NCBI RefSeq assembly: GCF_964355755.1
Contig: NC_092671.1
Coordinates: 24,006,070 to 24,070,069 of the forward strand
Length of the DNA stretch: 64,000 nucleotides
Source: Antedon mediterranea
Lineage: Eukaryota; Animalia; Echinodermata
Direction: 5' to 3'
Each line of letters starts with the position of its first letter. Positions within the stretch are counted from its first letter, which is position 1. Under the pieces are notes generated by a model. That model worked only from the letters and a program-made list of their open reading frames with translations. It did no database searches and had not been told where the DNA came from. Shown piece by piece: positions 42,401-50,259 of the stretch. The position numbers were made by a program, and so were the translations under genes.

Positions 42401-45400
42401 TGCCAGCTAGATTTTATTTTAATGATTGATTTAATTAATCTTTCTTAACAATCATTAAATAGTGTATACTATTGCACGTCATGTGACCCCCCTTCATACA
42501 ATCAAATTACAGGAATTTAGGAGTTATAATACTATTTATTGATTGATGAGTTGCTAGTAATAATATTTTAAAAACGGGCTGAATTTTAATATTAAAACTA
42601 GATTTGAATTCATCACTTTGATGACCATGTGCACATCATACATTAGAATATTGCGCACAGAAAAAAGACTAGAGTATACCATCATTATGATGACGTCATA
42701 ACATCCAAGAGATAACAATTTTGCATGAATTCATATCTACAACTTATCTACTTACATTTAATATGAGTTAAGCTATAATAGATTCAAAATATTTTGTAAA
42801 TGCAAATTTTCTAATTCAACGTGTTTGTAGGGCATGATTTAAAGCAGGGGCGGACTCAGGGGTGTTGCCCGAGCAACACCCTAAATTTCATACTAAATGT
42901 TTTTTCCTGCCTCTAAATTAAAATTTAGATCCCATTTCTTCATAGATATTAACCATTAACGTTATAGCCCAGCCCAGGGTTGGAAGGGTCAATATGTAAA
43001 TTGACTGACTGCAGCGTAAAATTAACCGCGCACAATTTAACGGCGTTCAGCGGATTTTTTTTTTTCCATTTCTCCACGTCCGTAAAATTGGGCCGAATTT
43101 CCGTAGTAATTACGGACGTTCCAAACTTTGAAATAACAGTGTTTGATTGCTTCTTCCTGCAAATTTCAATCATATTTTCTTTTCTGGAGTGTGGTTTATT
43201 TTAAGCAACACTGTTGTACAGTATAGTGGATAAATGAAAATTAATTTTGGAAATTGTGGTTTTACTGACTTATTTAGCATTTATTTCAAAATAATACAAT
43301 TCAACGTTTTGCTCAATATATTTATAACAGCAGCTTCACATTTTTTTTCTAACTAAACTTGATTAAATTATTAATTTATAGGCCTAGTAATTAATTTGTA
43401 TTAATTGATTATAAGTGCTAGAATAATATTACCTTGCCGAAAGTACCTTCGTCGGGGACTTCCTCTGACGTTTGCATTGAACACAAACAAATGTTATCCT
43501 TAGTCGCGTGTGTTTTACCGGCGGAAAAAATAGGCGGGATAAATACTGCTGATAGATATTAGAGTGTCATTTCCGGCAAAACTAGAGGTGCCAATTATCG
43601 TGCGAGTGCACCATTTCCAGCCATCTAGAGGTGTCATTTAACAAAATTCGCAAATACTTGGTTTCTTAATGGCCCTGGACTCTTGGGCAACCCCTTAAAA
43701 TAGTCTTGCGACCGCCCCTGTTTAAAGTGAAAATGAACTTTTTTTTTTTAATTAATTACTAGAAAAGGCTGGAAAATCATGTTTCAAGAGAAAAAAACAT
43801 TTTTTATACTCCTAGCGCACCGTACGCGTAAAATAGTTTGCGCACGTGGGAATTTTTGACATACATAAAATGTTATGATTCGCATAGAAATACGTTAGAA
43901 ATAGCGCACAGAAAAATATTATGTCATTATAAATCAATGTGCTTGTATGGTGTGATTTTGTACAAGCTGTGCACACAAGTGCGTGCGCAAAATGCAAAAC
44001 AATTCAAACATTTTGAAATTTCATAAAGTTTCTTGCACAACTACAGTTTATTATAGGCCAATCTTCTGACAAAGTTATACCTATTTATTTTCACATGCAT
44101 TAAGAGATATGATGCAAACAAAAATCGTGGAAAGAAGAACTAGATTTGACGAGTTTGGGTTATCCTCGCAAACGTAACAAGCACATATGTTAAAATATGA
44201 ACGCCAACAATTATTATGCCATTTGATCCTACAGTATGACATGAAGACCTTTACAGTGATGAATTGTGTCTATTTTGTGTCTACAGTATACTGTATTTTT
44301 ACAGAATACATTGTATTATATACAGTGTAGCATAGAATGTATGAATGTAGAATTGCGAGACCCATATTTTATTCCATTTTTTAACCTGATGACGTCATCC
44401 AAATGAAACATGAAGATAACAATTTTTTAGAAGATAAATATCCAAGTGTCAATAAAAAATAACTTTTCGTTTTTAATCTATGATCAATCATTGAAATTCA
44501 TAAAATTGCGCAAGTAAAATTGGAGGTGCACAACTTCATGTAGATGTCCATATGTTGACAAAGTTATGACATGTTATGTTTACACACTTTTTAGAATAAG
44601 CCACAAATATGACAGAAACAAACAGATACTAGGCTACTAGGCTCTATTACTAAAAGAAAGAGAAAAAAAGAAACAGGACAGTTACAATGAGTTATCCACT
44701 ACTAAGGTGCAGATAACTAATAAAAAATAAAACCTTGTAGTTTTCAATATTGATGGCTATTTATGGCCCTTTAAAAATGATATATAAATAGGCCTAAGCC
44801 TACATTATGGCTAATTTTGCGCACCAATGCATATATTTGTAAAAACAGTTCTACTGCCCGGATTAATTTAATTAATTAATAATACCGTACTACTACAGTA
44901 TGTACATAATGAATAAAAATTTGAGATTGAGTGCATGTTTTAAACGCTTTATGTAATGTCCACCAACCACATGAACTTGCTCAACTACAGCATCGACGTT
45001 GTCGCCAATTATTAAACTTCTGTGTCCCCTTTTTCTCATTTATTATCTATTATTTTTAGAAAATGTTAACTGTTTTTTGTTTTTATTTGAGAAATAAAAA
45101 TTATTGATTGATTGAAAAAAAAAAAAAAAAAAAAAAAACATTGCTAGGTCTAGCCGGCCACGGGGCCGAGTCACAGCCTGGCACCGTCGATAGGCATTCT
45201 CTACAGAGAAGCGATATGAAAAAAAATCAGGTCTTTATACGATGGCGTCACCCACGTATCCAGCACCCCATTGGCTGATTCTGACGTAAAGGAATTTTAC
45301 CGTACCTTTAGCAAACCGAAGTGAGGATACGGTACTGTATCTTTAGCCACAGCGTTAATTTTAACGCTTGAGTTGCTGATCAGTTACCCGTATTTACTAG

Positions 45401-48400
45401 ACTACAAGCAGTCTAGCTAATGTGCTAGGCCAAGTAAAGTAGTTGTAGGTGGATTACCGGTATTAACACTTTGAATTAAAATAACGACCTGAATTATAGT
45501 AGAATCCTTCCTCCCACCTCTTCCATTGCGCCCGATTGTCGCATTTTCACGGGTGTCTAGAAAACTCATATCTCAGATATATCTGAGTTTTCTAGATCTA
45601 GAAAACTCAGATATATGACTTTTCTAGATCTAGAAAACTCAGATATCAAGATCTGAGTTTTCTAGTTCCAAAATGGAACTAGAAAACCCAGATCATCAAA
45701 TGGATCGTTCCATTATTAATAGAGGGGAGCATGTTTGAAATACTACAGTATTATATTTTTCTTACTACTGTAACTTGTAGTAGCAGCCTACGACTTAAAT
45801 CATAAAGAAATACAGTATACACCTTTTAAAATGTAGGCTTAGCATTTAGGCCTAGTCTAGCTAAGCAAACTCAATTCACGGTTCAACGTGTGGGCGCTAT
45901 CACGATGTATCGCGAAGAGTAGGCCTGGCTCTGTTAGGCAAGAAGTGGTCAACTCGTACCAAAAATAACTCGTACCTATTCCCAACTTGGCTCACTCGTA
46001 CCTCAACCAACTGGTACCCACACCAACTCGTACATATCTAATTTTTAAGCCTACAATTTAACGGCAACGTGCACTGTATTTTCTTTATGATTTAAGCCAT
46101 AGGCCGCTTCTAAATGTTACAATATTAGTACACAATAATCAGTTTTAATAATACTCTAGTATTTCAAATGACCTACCTGCTGATTAATAATGGAACGATC
46201 CAAATGACCTGCCAACCAATCAAATGATGATCTGAGTTTTCTAGTTCCATTTTGGAACTAGAAAACTCAGATATCTGACTTTTCTAGATCTAGAAAACTC
46301 AGATATATCTGAGATCTGAGTTTTCTAGATCTGAGTTTTCTAGACACCCCATTTTCACTACTCGATTTTGTAGACGGCCTCTATGAAAAACATTACTAAT
46401 TCTAAACCACTTATATTAGGCACTGGCGGATGATGGTGGTAGCAACTTACACACACAGTACCACATGGATTAAGATTCCTTAATATAAATGAAAAACGTT
46501 AAAGTCCAGGTGCATGAAATCTGTGTGTTGTGTACACAACATGCATGCTATTCTAGGAGAGTAGCCTACACTTACCGTATGTAATCAGGCTTCTAAATAG
46601 TTTAGGCCTATCTTTAAGCTTCTGCTGTTTTTAGTTTTTGATGAATAATATTATTTGTTTTGTGTTCGTTCTTTTAAAAAGGACGACGAGTGCGTTTGCT
46701 CATTAACTTTGTTGCACTTGTGTGTTTTAGCTCACAAGTTTGTGATAGAATTGCTACCTACTTAAAAAATATTGTAAATCAACAAAATTATTCAAGTAGT
46801 GAAGTGAAGTTATAGGTCTGCAAATAACACAAAAACACTCTGGTCTAACAAAGTGCCCTGACCAAATAAAAAATAATGAATATAAAAATTATTATAATTA
46901 ACGAACGAACGAAAAACTCACAACGCATGCAACGTTTATTGAACATCAACCTAGGCGTACATAAAAGTAACACTACTATAATCTACTAGTTTTTTTACTA
47001 TGTCAATAAACAAAAGGCAAATCTAAGTATTGATGTATTAAGCTGACAAAAAAACAATAAACCATAATACTGTGAATTAAAAAAAATAACAAAAACATGT
47101 TTACCATTACTTTTTGGTATTTATCATTTCTTCATCATATCAACACAAAAGCAGTAGGCTACATACCCACCCGTAAAACTTAATATCATATTAGAATAAA
47201 AAGAATAATATAATTTCCACATATAAATCCAAAAACAATTTTTCCGAAAGAATGAGCCACCACCAATGATTTGTTTCAGCTTACGTTCACAATTGTAGTA
47301 AATCCGCATGTATTTATGGGTTCCTCTGCATGGATCTCCGAACACAGAATTGGACGCGGGAATTGTACACTGTTGTTGTCCTTCACAACGTCCTGTTATC
47401 TCGTTTTCTGCACTCCTTGCGGAACAATCCGTGTTTTCAGTCGGTCCGTTGGGACACACGCGGGTATTGCTGCGACCGTAAAAACCATAGTAGATCTTAA
47501 GTGAATGCTGTGGTTCGCAGGAAATAGTTCCAGTTTCCCCTTCACATGTATTTATCTGCGATAATCCTACAAAAATATTACATTATTACTAACAAGTTCT
47601 TTTGATGAACATAATATGTTCTGAAACATTTCAGAATGAACATTTTATTACTACTGGCTAAAAAAGTGGGGAAGAATTCACGTTTTGAAAAAAGATGACG
47701 GTTGTCGATCGTTTGAACATCCCAAACGAAATCAATAAGATTTACCTTTTTTGCATAATATAAAAAAGCTGCTGTTACTACTCAAATTTAAAATGTGTTA
47801 ATTATATTCGGCCAGTGCCTATGAATGAATGAATGAATGAACAAACGAACGAACAACCGAACGAACGAATGAATGACTATTACAGAGTGAATAACGACTT
47901 CTTATGTAAACTTACCGAATCCACAAAACTGAAAGTTTCCATTGCTTCCCCAGCCGGTTGTAAAACCTACATAAAGAACTTGTAATGGATTGTCATCGGT
48001 ATACACCATAAACGCTGGTTCGTTTTCAGCGCCTACAGAAATCGTACTATCTGCAAAATCTATCCAGAATTTCCGAAAACTTTCAGAGTTTAGAAATCCA
48101 TTAGGTCGTCTTTCACTGACCAAGTTTGTGCACTGTTTACACCGTCGAATAACTGACCGAGTGTTTCCCCAACCGCCGATAACAATTTCATACATGTCAC
48201 GTACTTCTTCTTTCAGCGATGACAATGCAATATGAACGTCATTAGCCGCTTTGATGGAAAACTCTAACCGTGTGACGTCATTCCGGAATTTCGGTAACTG
48301 AAATCTGTATCTGTATTGGTCGTTGGTCTCATAGTTAATACAGTCTAAAATAAATAGATACAGTATAATGAAGTATACACAGATTGTTACTGTGTTATTA

Positions 48401-50030
48401 ATGTTGAATACCGTATATTTTATACTATAGGAATAATTTATTATTATTATTATTGATACACTGCTGAATTTTCCTAGCTGTTGATTGTTGGTCTCATAAG
48501 TTAATGCAGTCTAAAAAAGTATACACTGATTGTTACTATGTATATTAATGTGGAATACCGTAAATGTTATACTAGTCATAATTATAAGCAAACTATTCAT
48601 AACTCTGTGTTTTGCAAGCGTTTGTAGATAATCTGGATAGGAATTGTTGGAATTGTTAACGTGTTATCTTTGATGATTGTGGCTAATGGTACCAGGACCA
48701 GACAAATATGCATTAAGTATGTTTTGGAAGGATGCCAAATTAAGAATATTGTATTTGAATTAATTAAATAACTAGGCCTAACGTTATATTATTGATATGC
48801 ATAAGAGAAAATTGTACTTACAACACGTCACGATAAAACAGATAACGAACAGCAACGTAAACAGTCAAATACACGTGAAAAGGCCAAGACATGTACATCA
48901 AAACACATTGCAATAGACAGTAACAGCAACTCGACGATATTCGATAAATTAATTCTGATTACCATTAGTTGTTGTACTTACTTTACATCGCCGTTTAAAT
49001 TAACTCTTACCATTAAATCAATTATTTAATGATTAGGCAATTTTAAAGTCATCTCTCGAAGTCTTGTCATCGTTTATGACTACAAATCCATAATGATCTG
49101 GATTTGTATTATATTACCACTAAAACCATATGGAAACGGGTATATTTTCGTTACGTCATAATTTTCAGAGATCTTTACCTGGTGAAATTTTCTTTACTTA
49201 ATAAAATTGTCTCCGAGTGTAAATTGCCTTCAATACAAGAAAAATTGTTTTTACGGGGTGAAAATTTTTTTTAAAAGGCCTGGTGAAACGTTTGTTACCG
49301 ACAATAACTGTATGTAGGTATACAGCCAGAGTAAAATTATCTTTATGGACAGACTAGATTTTTAAAATAAAATTATATATTATGTAACCAGAATTCAGGG
49401 TGGGACGAATGATAGAAAAAGCAAAGATCATGCATTGTGCGTGTTAACCGTTGTTCCAATAAGGTTTTATTTATCCGTTTTTACAGGCGATTGTCTTTTT
49501 AGAAATTAATGTGATACGTACAAGTTATCTGTATTTAAGCAATACGTCAAATGGTTCACACAAAGCCGAACTGAAGGTAAAATAAAGGCTGTTTTGTTGA
49601 ACTGTACACACACGAATGTTGTATAAACACTAAATCAAATGTTGCTACTGCTACAAACTTACATGACGTTAAACAGGAAAATCCATACACATTGATAGCA
49701 CTCAGTACTAACAACATTAAAAGAATAGAATGAAGGTTTGTAATTTGAAAGTGGTTCAACAAAATTGACAAAAAAGTAATAAATACGTTAGATACGATAA
49801 AGTATTCAAATGTCCTAATGATGATAGTAAAATAATAATGATAGGATTAAGTATTAAGAACATTTCACATTAGAAAAATATGTAAATTTGTTTGAAATTC
49901 ACATTATATGGTAGGATTAAAAACCCATTTTAATCGGAAAATCGCTCTCTAAATCTCAATCCTGAAAATAATTCAGTATTTCAAATTTCAGACTTAACAA
50001 AAATGTACTCACCTTCTTCATCTTCTTGAC
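282..50030 (-). CDS. Multi-exon gene (partial at both ends): secreted mosaic FAMeT/SUEL lectin/discoidin/VWD-C8-TIL-EGF protein, Sfp1-like / FCGBP-zonadhesin-like
   Basis: About 47 exons with GT-AG boundaries and compatible phases; 2 FAMeT, 9 SUEL, 1 F5/8C, 3 VWD-C8-TIL and 2 TILa/EGF domains recognised from translations; no signal-peptide exon or stop codon found in the window. Confidence 0.9.
750..1024 (-). CDS. Exon: C8 domain (module 3)
   Basis: CQPSEEVPNTC...YCGKITDTAGTFADCH...YFDDCVFDSCH...LCNNLDAYYQAC...FRTDELC; tttag acceptor, gtaagt donor; 275 nt. Confidence 0.93.
1109..1624 (+). mobile_element. Helentron-associated (HINE/DINE-like) non-autonomous repeat
   Basis: Internal tgaccttgacc motifs, ACAC/ACAT microsatellite at 1548-1586, short 3' hairpin acctccttggaggaggt followed by aataa. 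Confidence 0.55.
1925..2202 (-). CDS. Exon: VWD domain C-terminal half (module 3)
   Basis: IDGVQIVLPY...FWLEWDG...EGLCGNCNSNKRDDLFLPDG...WGESWNV; 278 nt, phase 0-2. Confidence 0.93.
3243..3575. mobile_element. Kolobok-like MITE (TTAA-flanked)
   Basis: ttaa-agatgtattatcctcc ... ggggacaatacatct-ttaa inverted termini; related partial copies near 27700-27860, 31115-31300, 62900-63160 and 63823-64000. Confidence 0.65.
3851..4089 (-). CDS. Exon: VWD domain N-terminal half with GDPH (module 3)
   Basis: [30 protein letters not shown]...VKNQYR...IRLNRDSVTL; 239 nt, phase 1-0; absent from the ORF track. Confidence 0.92.
4418..4426 (-). CDS. 9-nt microexon (GRR)
   Basis: tctccctttctaactgaag|GTCGTCGAG|gtatgt; phase 1-1. 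Confidence 0.7.
4667..4705 (-). CDS. 39-nt Arg-rich exon ((R/G)SSRNRRRPRRVN)
   Basis: ttttttccttgtcag acceptor, gtaaat donor; GC-rich island in an AT-rich intron; phase 1-1. Confidence 0.85.
5182..5187 (-). CDS. Candidate 6-nt microexon (AL)
   Basis: Long pyrimidine tract ...tgatacag|CATTAA|gtaagt; frame-preserving. Confidence 0.45.
   Translation of the reverse strand, partial: H
5675..5683 (-). CDS. 9-nt microexon (ARK)
   Basis: aaaattag|CCCGAAAAG|gtgagt; near-identical to the GRK microexon at 16600-16608. Confidence 0.65.
6655..6669 (-). CDS. 15-nt microexon (REERQ)
   Basis: attatctag|GAGAAGAGCGTCAGG|gtatga; phase 1-1. Confidence 0.65.
6900..6935 (-). CDS. 36-nt linker exon (DGEPVAPRVERS)
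   Basis: atttttag-type acceptor, gtaagt donor; contains an RxxR motif. Confidence 0.8.
7504..7803 (-). CDS. Exon: SUEL/rhamnose-binding (Gal_lectin) domain 9
   Basis: HACENDRLKLNC...AMYGR...FTDPCVGTYKYLEVSFRC; 300 nt, phase 1-1. Confidence 0.93.
8110..8397 (-). CDS. Exon: SUEL lectin domain 8
   Basis: ACERDKLRLEC...ALYGR...FGDPCPGIRKMLRVTYCC; 288 nt, phase 1-1. Confidence 0.93.
8826..8846 (-). CDS. 21-nt microexon (TIPIPED)
   Basis: aatttcag|CAATACCTATTCCTGAAGATG|gtgagt. Confidence 0.75.
9182..9359 (-). CDS. Exon: TILa + EGF-like domain (module 2)
   Basis: LGDEWVSPNCTLECIC...CNEHASCTSVEGDHGCHCTNGYVGDGIESC; 178 nt, phase 0-1. Confidence 0.92.
9551..12857. mobile_element. Foldback-type DNA element with about 1.2 kb inverted arms
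   Basis: ctctagtagctagatcaactttcg... at 9551 is the reverse complement of ...gttgatctagctactagag at 12857; arms about 9551-10720 and 11720-12857; TA on both flanks; identical spurious ORFs appear on opposite strands. Confidence 0.85.
12919..13121 (-). CDS. Exon: TIL domain (module 2)
   Basis: MECPENSHYTTCMSACPVTC...CVEGCECDDGHMLSGVVCVPQEECGC; 203 nt. Confidence 0.93.
13671..13945 (-). CDS. Exon: C8 domain (module 2)
   Basis: CEPSEIEPRE...MCGQITDPDGVFAPCH...ECLFDMAN...LCNNLHNYFTSC; 275 nt. Confidence 0.92.
14525..14808 (-). CDS. Exon: VWD C-terminal half (module 2)
   Basis: VNGIRRALPF...FWVEWDG...EGLCGNYDGDPSNDL...WGDSW; 284 nt. Confidence 0.93.
14925..15175 (-). CDS. Exon: VWD N-terminal half with GDPH (module 2)
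   Basis: [29 protein letters not shown]; 251 nt, phase 1-0. Confidence 0.93.
16028..16039 (-). CDS. 12-nt microexon (GRDG)
   Basis: cttacacag|GACGAGATGGAG|gtaagc. Confidence 0.7.
16380..16388 (-). CDS. 9-nt microexon (GRR)
   Basis: aaatctaaag|GACGAAGAG|gtgagt. Confidence 0.75.
16600..16608 (-). CDS. 9-nt microexon (GRK)
   Basis: ccaaatgcag|GCCGAAAAG|gtgagt. Confidence 0.72.
16945..16953 (-). CDS. 9-nt microexon (GRR)
   Basis: aaatctcag|GACGAAGAG|gtgagt. Confidence 0.78.
17132..17140 (-). CDS. 9-nt microexon (GRR)
   Basis: aaatcttag|GACGAAGAG|gtaagt. Confidence 0.78.
18270..18326 (-). CDS. 57-nt Arg-rich exon (DGGRSRRDRHRRRERPSRR)
   Basis: aaaatcag acceptor, gtaagt donor; phase 1-1; multiple RxRR/RxxR motifs. 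Confidence 0.85.
18532..18573 (-). CDS. 42-nt linker exon (DQQALRSIWETIQD)
   Basis: tttgtttag acceptor, gtaagt donor; phase 1-1. Confidence 0.8.
18922..19218 (-). CDS. Exon: SUEL lectin domain 7
   Basis: VCEHDRMNLHC...AMYGR...FGDPCPGTYKFLDVTYRC; 297 nt. Confidence 0.93.
19355..19372 (-). CDS. 18-nt microexon (ENTERE)
   Basis: atttgcag|AAAACACAGAACGAGAAG|gtatgt. Confidence 0.72.
19712..20014 (-). CDS. Exon: SUEL lectin domain 6 (divergent: FGR, GNPC)
   Basis: VCENENIEMEC...AFFGR...FFGNPCEGQSKYLKITYQC; 303 nt. Confidence 0.9.
20446..20623 (-). CDS. Exon: TILa + EGF-like domain (module 1)
   Basis: LHSQWTALNCSMSCQC...CNSNAACISVEGNHGCYCNEGYEGNGIETCE; 178 nt, same length as 9182-9359. Confidence 0.9.
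21325..21527 (-). CDS. Exon: TIL domain (module 1)
   Basis: IECEENSHYSDCMSACQSTC...CVEGCECNEGF...CIPLAECGC; 203 nt. Confidence 0.93.
21937..22220 (-). CDS. Exon: C8 domain (module 1)
   Basis: LCRAIDSSEIPEC...QCGILTLATGPFAPC...FDSCLFDMCHLGDSTQLCNNLEEYFDTCREAG; 284 nt. Confidence 0.9.
22845..23122 (-). CDS. Exon: VWD C-terminal half (module 1)
   Basis: INGVRSVLPY...FWLSWDG...QGLCGNYDGNPDNDLMLPDG...WGNSW; 278 nt. Confidence 0.93.
23680..23963 (-). CDS. Exon: VWD N-terminal half with RRLRK and GDPH (module 1)
   Basis: [43 protein letters not shown]; 284 nt, phase 1-0. Confidence 0.92.
24464..24850 (-). CDS. Exon: VEPVT-repeat stalk + SUEL lectin domain 5
   Basis: VEPVTVEPVTGETVAPVTAETVEPVIGE...VCEREKLELNC...AIYGR...FGDPCRGVTKFLRVTYCCRGD; 387 nt. 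Confidence 0.92.
25656..25943 (-). CDS. Exon: SUEL lectin domain 4
   Basis: VCEHESMNIHC...ALYGR...FGDPCPGTYKFLRVSYCC; 288 nt. Confidence 0.92.
26236..28927 (+). mobile_element. 5'-truncated, frameshifted CR1/L2-group LINE (reverse transcriptase), antisense in an intron
   Basis: KAKGVD, NYRPISVLP, FLDLKKAFDTVNH, GVPQGSILGPLLF, MYADDT, FKYLGV motifs; (AATA)n 3' tail at 28911-28927. Confidence 0.9.
27318..27893. mobile_element. Non-coding insertion splitting the LINE RT between the PQG and YADD motifs
   Basis: RT reads ...YVNSLPD | CLSCKCVMYADD across it; short inverted termini acgctgct...agcagcgt; includes a fragment of the Kolobok-like MITE. Confidence 0.65.
28962..29258 (-). CDS. Exon: SUEL lectin domain 3
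   Basis: VCERETMELMC...AMYGR...FTDPCPGTFKYLEVQYQC; 297 nt. Confidence 0.93.
29915..29920 (-). CDS. Candidate 6-nt microexon (EI)
   Basis: cagttttcag|AAATAG|gtaata; frame-preserving. Confidence 0.35.
   Translation of the reverse strand, partial: K
30169..30749. mobile_element. hAT-like non-autonomous element
   Basis: Imperfect inverted ends cgttccgcaacc / ggttccggaacg, gggtcgcg subterminal motifs, attaac on both flanks; shares a segment with 43595-43650. Confidence 0.5.
31708..31743 (-). CDS. 36-nt linker exon (DGMLPQYEVEEQ)
   Basis: tttttcag acceptor, gtaaaa donor; phase 1-1. Confidence 0.75.
31977..32103 (-). CDS. Exon: F5/8 type C (discoidin) domain, C-terminal part
   Basis: RYAGQSSINISPTLEAMFVRVLP...PCMQVELLGC; 127 nt, phase 0-1. 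Confidence 0.88.
32268..34976. repeat. Minisatellite, 63 copies of a 43-bp unit
   Basis: Unit aatgtagttaaagagcagggctcagaggttgtcatctatgcac; 2709 bp = 63 x 43; only a few variable positions. Confidence 0.97.
35198..35487 (-). CDS. Exon: F5/8 type C (discoidin) domain, N-terminal part
   Basis: CSAPLGMENGHIENSRITSS...AARLN...WCAG...YLQIHL...ISGLITRG...YSRDGINW; 290 nt, phase 1-0. Confidence 0.92.
35707..35949. repeat. Two-copy direct repeat (about 95 bp, period about 147)
   Basis: gtaaagtaggt(c/t)aagggtgatcgattc...gtaaagccagttacttattcg at 35707 and 35854. Confidence 0.75.
36371..36394 (-). CDS. 24-nt microexon (PHSSVHLE)
   Basis: ttttattccacag|CTCATTCAAGTGTGCATCTGGAAG|gtaaaa. Confidence 0.7.
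36563..36871 (-). CDS. Exon: SUEL lectin domain 2
   Basis: ACERDYVTINC...ASYGR...FGDPCRGTYKYLEVVYDC; 309 nt. Confidence 0.93.
36983..37420 (-). CDS. Exon: farnesoic acid O-methyltransferase-like (Methyltransf_FA) domain 2
   Basis: FEVKARNDVHITLS...YEIVIGGWRNTKSVIRR...EYRSFWISF...VNYVGFTTGWGSDGEFKF; 438 nt, phase 1-1. Confidence 0.92.
37480..37550 (-). pseudogene. tRNA-like pseudogene / tRNA-derived SINE head
   Basis: A box tggtctaatgg, B box agttcgagt, stem ctgc..gcag around an atypical anticodon loop; acceptor stem poorly paired. Confidence 0.55.
38827..38832 (-). CDS. 6-nt microexon (PT)
   Basis: ccttttttatttttcag|CCACAG|gtaagt, with consensus-strength sites on both sides. Confidence 0.65.
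41160..41280 (+). mobile_element. Deu/Nin-domain SINE fragment
   Basis: tccttcggatgggatgtaaagctgttggtccc...gcacgttaaa...ttcgaaaagagtaaggg resembles the conserved DeuSINE core (recalled, not aligned). Confidence 0.55.
41490..42301. mobile_element. Interspersed repeat family (ggggcgtttattcg/aataaatacccctagat), interrupted
   Basis: Same blocks at 10460-10930, 11630-11930 and 31320-31510; ends in tttgaataaatacggta. Confidence 0.55.
42845..43720. mobile_element. hAT-like MITE
   Basis: Termini caggggcgg ... ccgcccctg; tttaaag duplicated on both flanks. Confidence 0.65.
45551..46349. mobile_element. Mutator-like (MULE) non-autonomous element
   Basis: TIRs gggtgtctagaaaactc...gagttttctagacaccc built of tctagaaaactcagat subrepeats; exact 9-bp TSD cattttcac at 45542-45550 and 46350-46358. 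Confidence 0.8.
47285..47566 (-). CDS. Exon: SUEL lectin domain 1
   Basis: TCEGETGTISC...GFYGR...FGDPCRGTHKYMRIYYNC; 282 nt. Confidence 0.92.
47821..47876. repeat. (GAAT)n/(GAAC)n microsatellite
   Basis: Direct reading. Confidence 0.8.
47916..48344 (-). CDS. Exon: Methyltransf_FA (FAMeT-like) domain 1
   Basis: FSIKAANDVHIALS...YEIVIGGWGNTRSVIRR...FRKFWIDF...YVGFTTGWGSNGNFQF; 429 nt, phase 1-1. Confidence 0.92.
50013..50030 (-). CDS. 18-nt acidic microexon (xQEDEE), most 5' exon confidently seen
   Basis: atttttttcag|GTCAAGAAGATGAAGAAG|gtgagt. Confidence 0.7.
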
Positions 50031-50259
50031 CTGAAAAAAAATATACAAAATTAATGACAAGAAATAATACTTAATACTATGATATTGAATGATGATTAAT
50101 TCATTATGAACTAATAACGATTTTGAATTCTTCCAAACATACAGTTCCCTCCTGATATCAGTTTTTTTCACGAACAAAAAAAAAACCAAAAACAATAGGC
50201 CTAAATAAATATTAAAATATTAATATATTGTTTGAAGGTTTGCATGGCGAAATCAAATA

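Noticed and set aside
46576-46592. 17-nt exon candidate with a gtaagt donor
   Set aside because: Not frame-preserving and has no similarity to the other linkers
36983-48344. Stand-alone juvenoid-synthesis methyltransferase genes
   Set aside because: Both are internal phase 1-1 exons without their own start or stop codons, spliced in frame to lectin exons
48822-48898. Possible first or signal-peptide exon ending at a gtaagt donor
   Set aside because: The hydrophobic frame in the right phase has an upstream stop and no ATG; the ATG frame ends in phase 2, incompatible with the next exon
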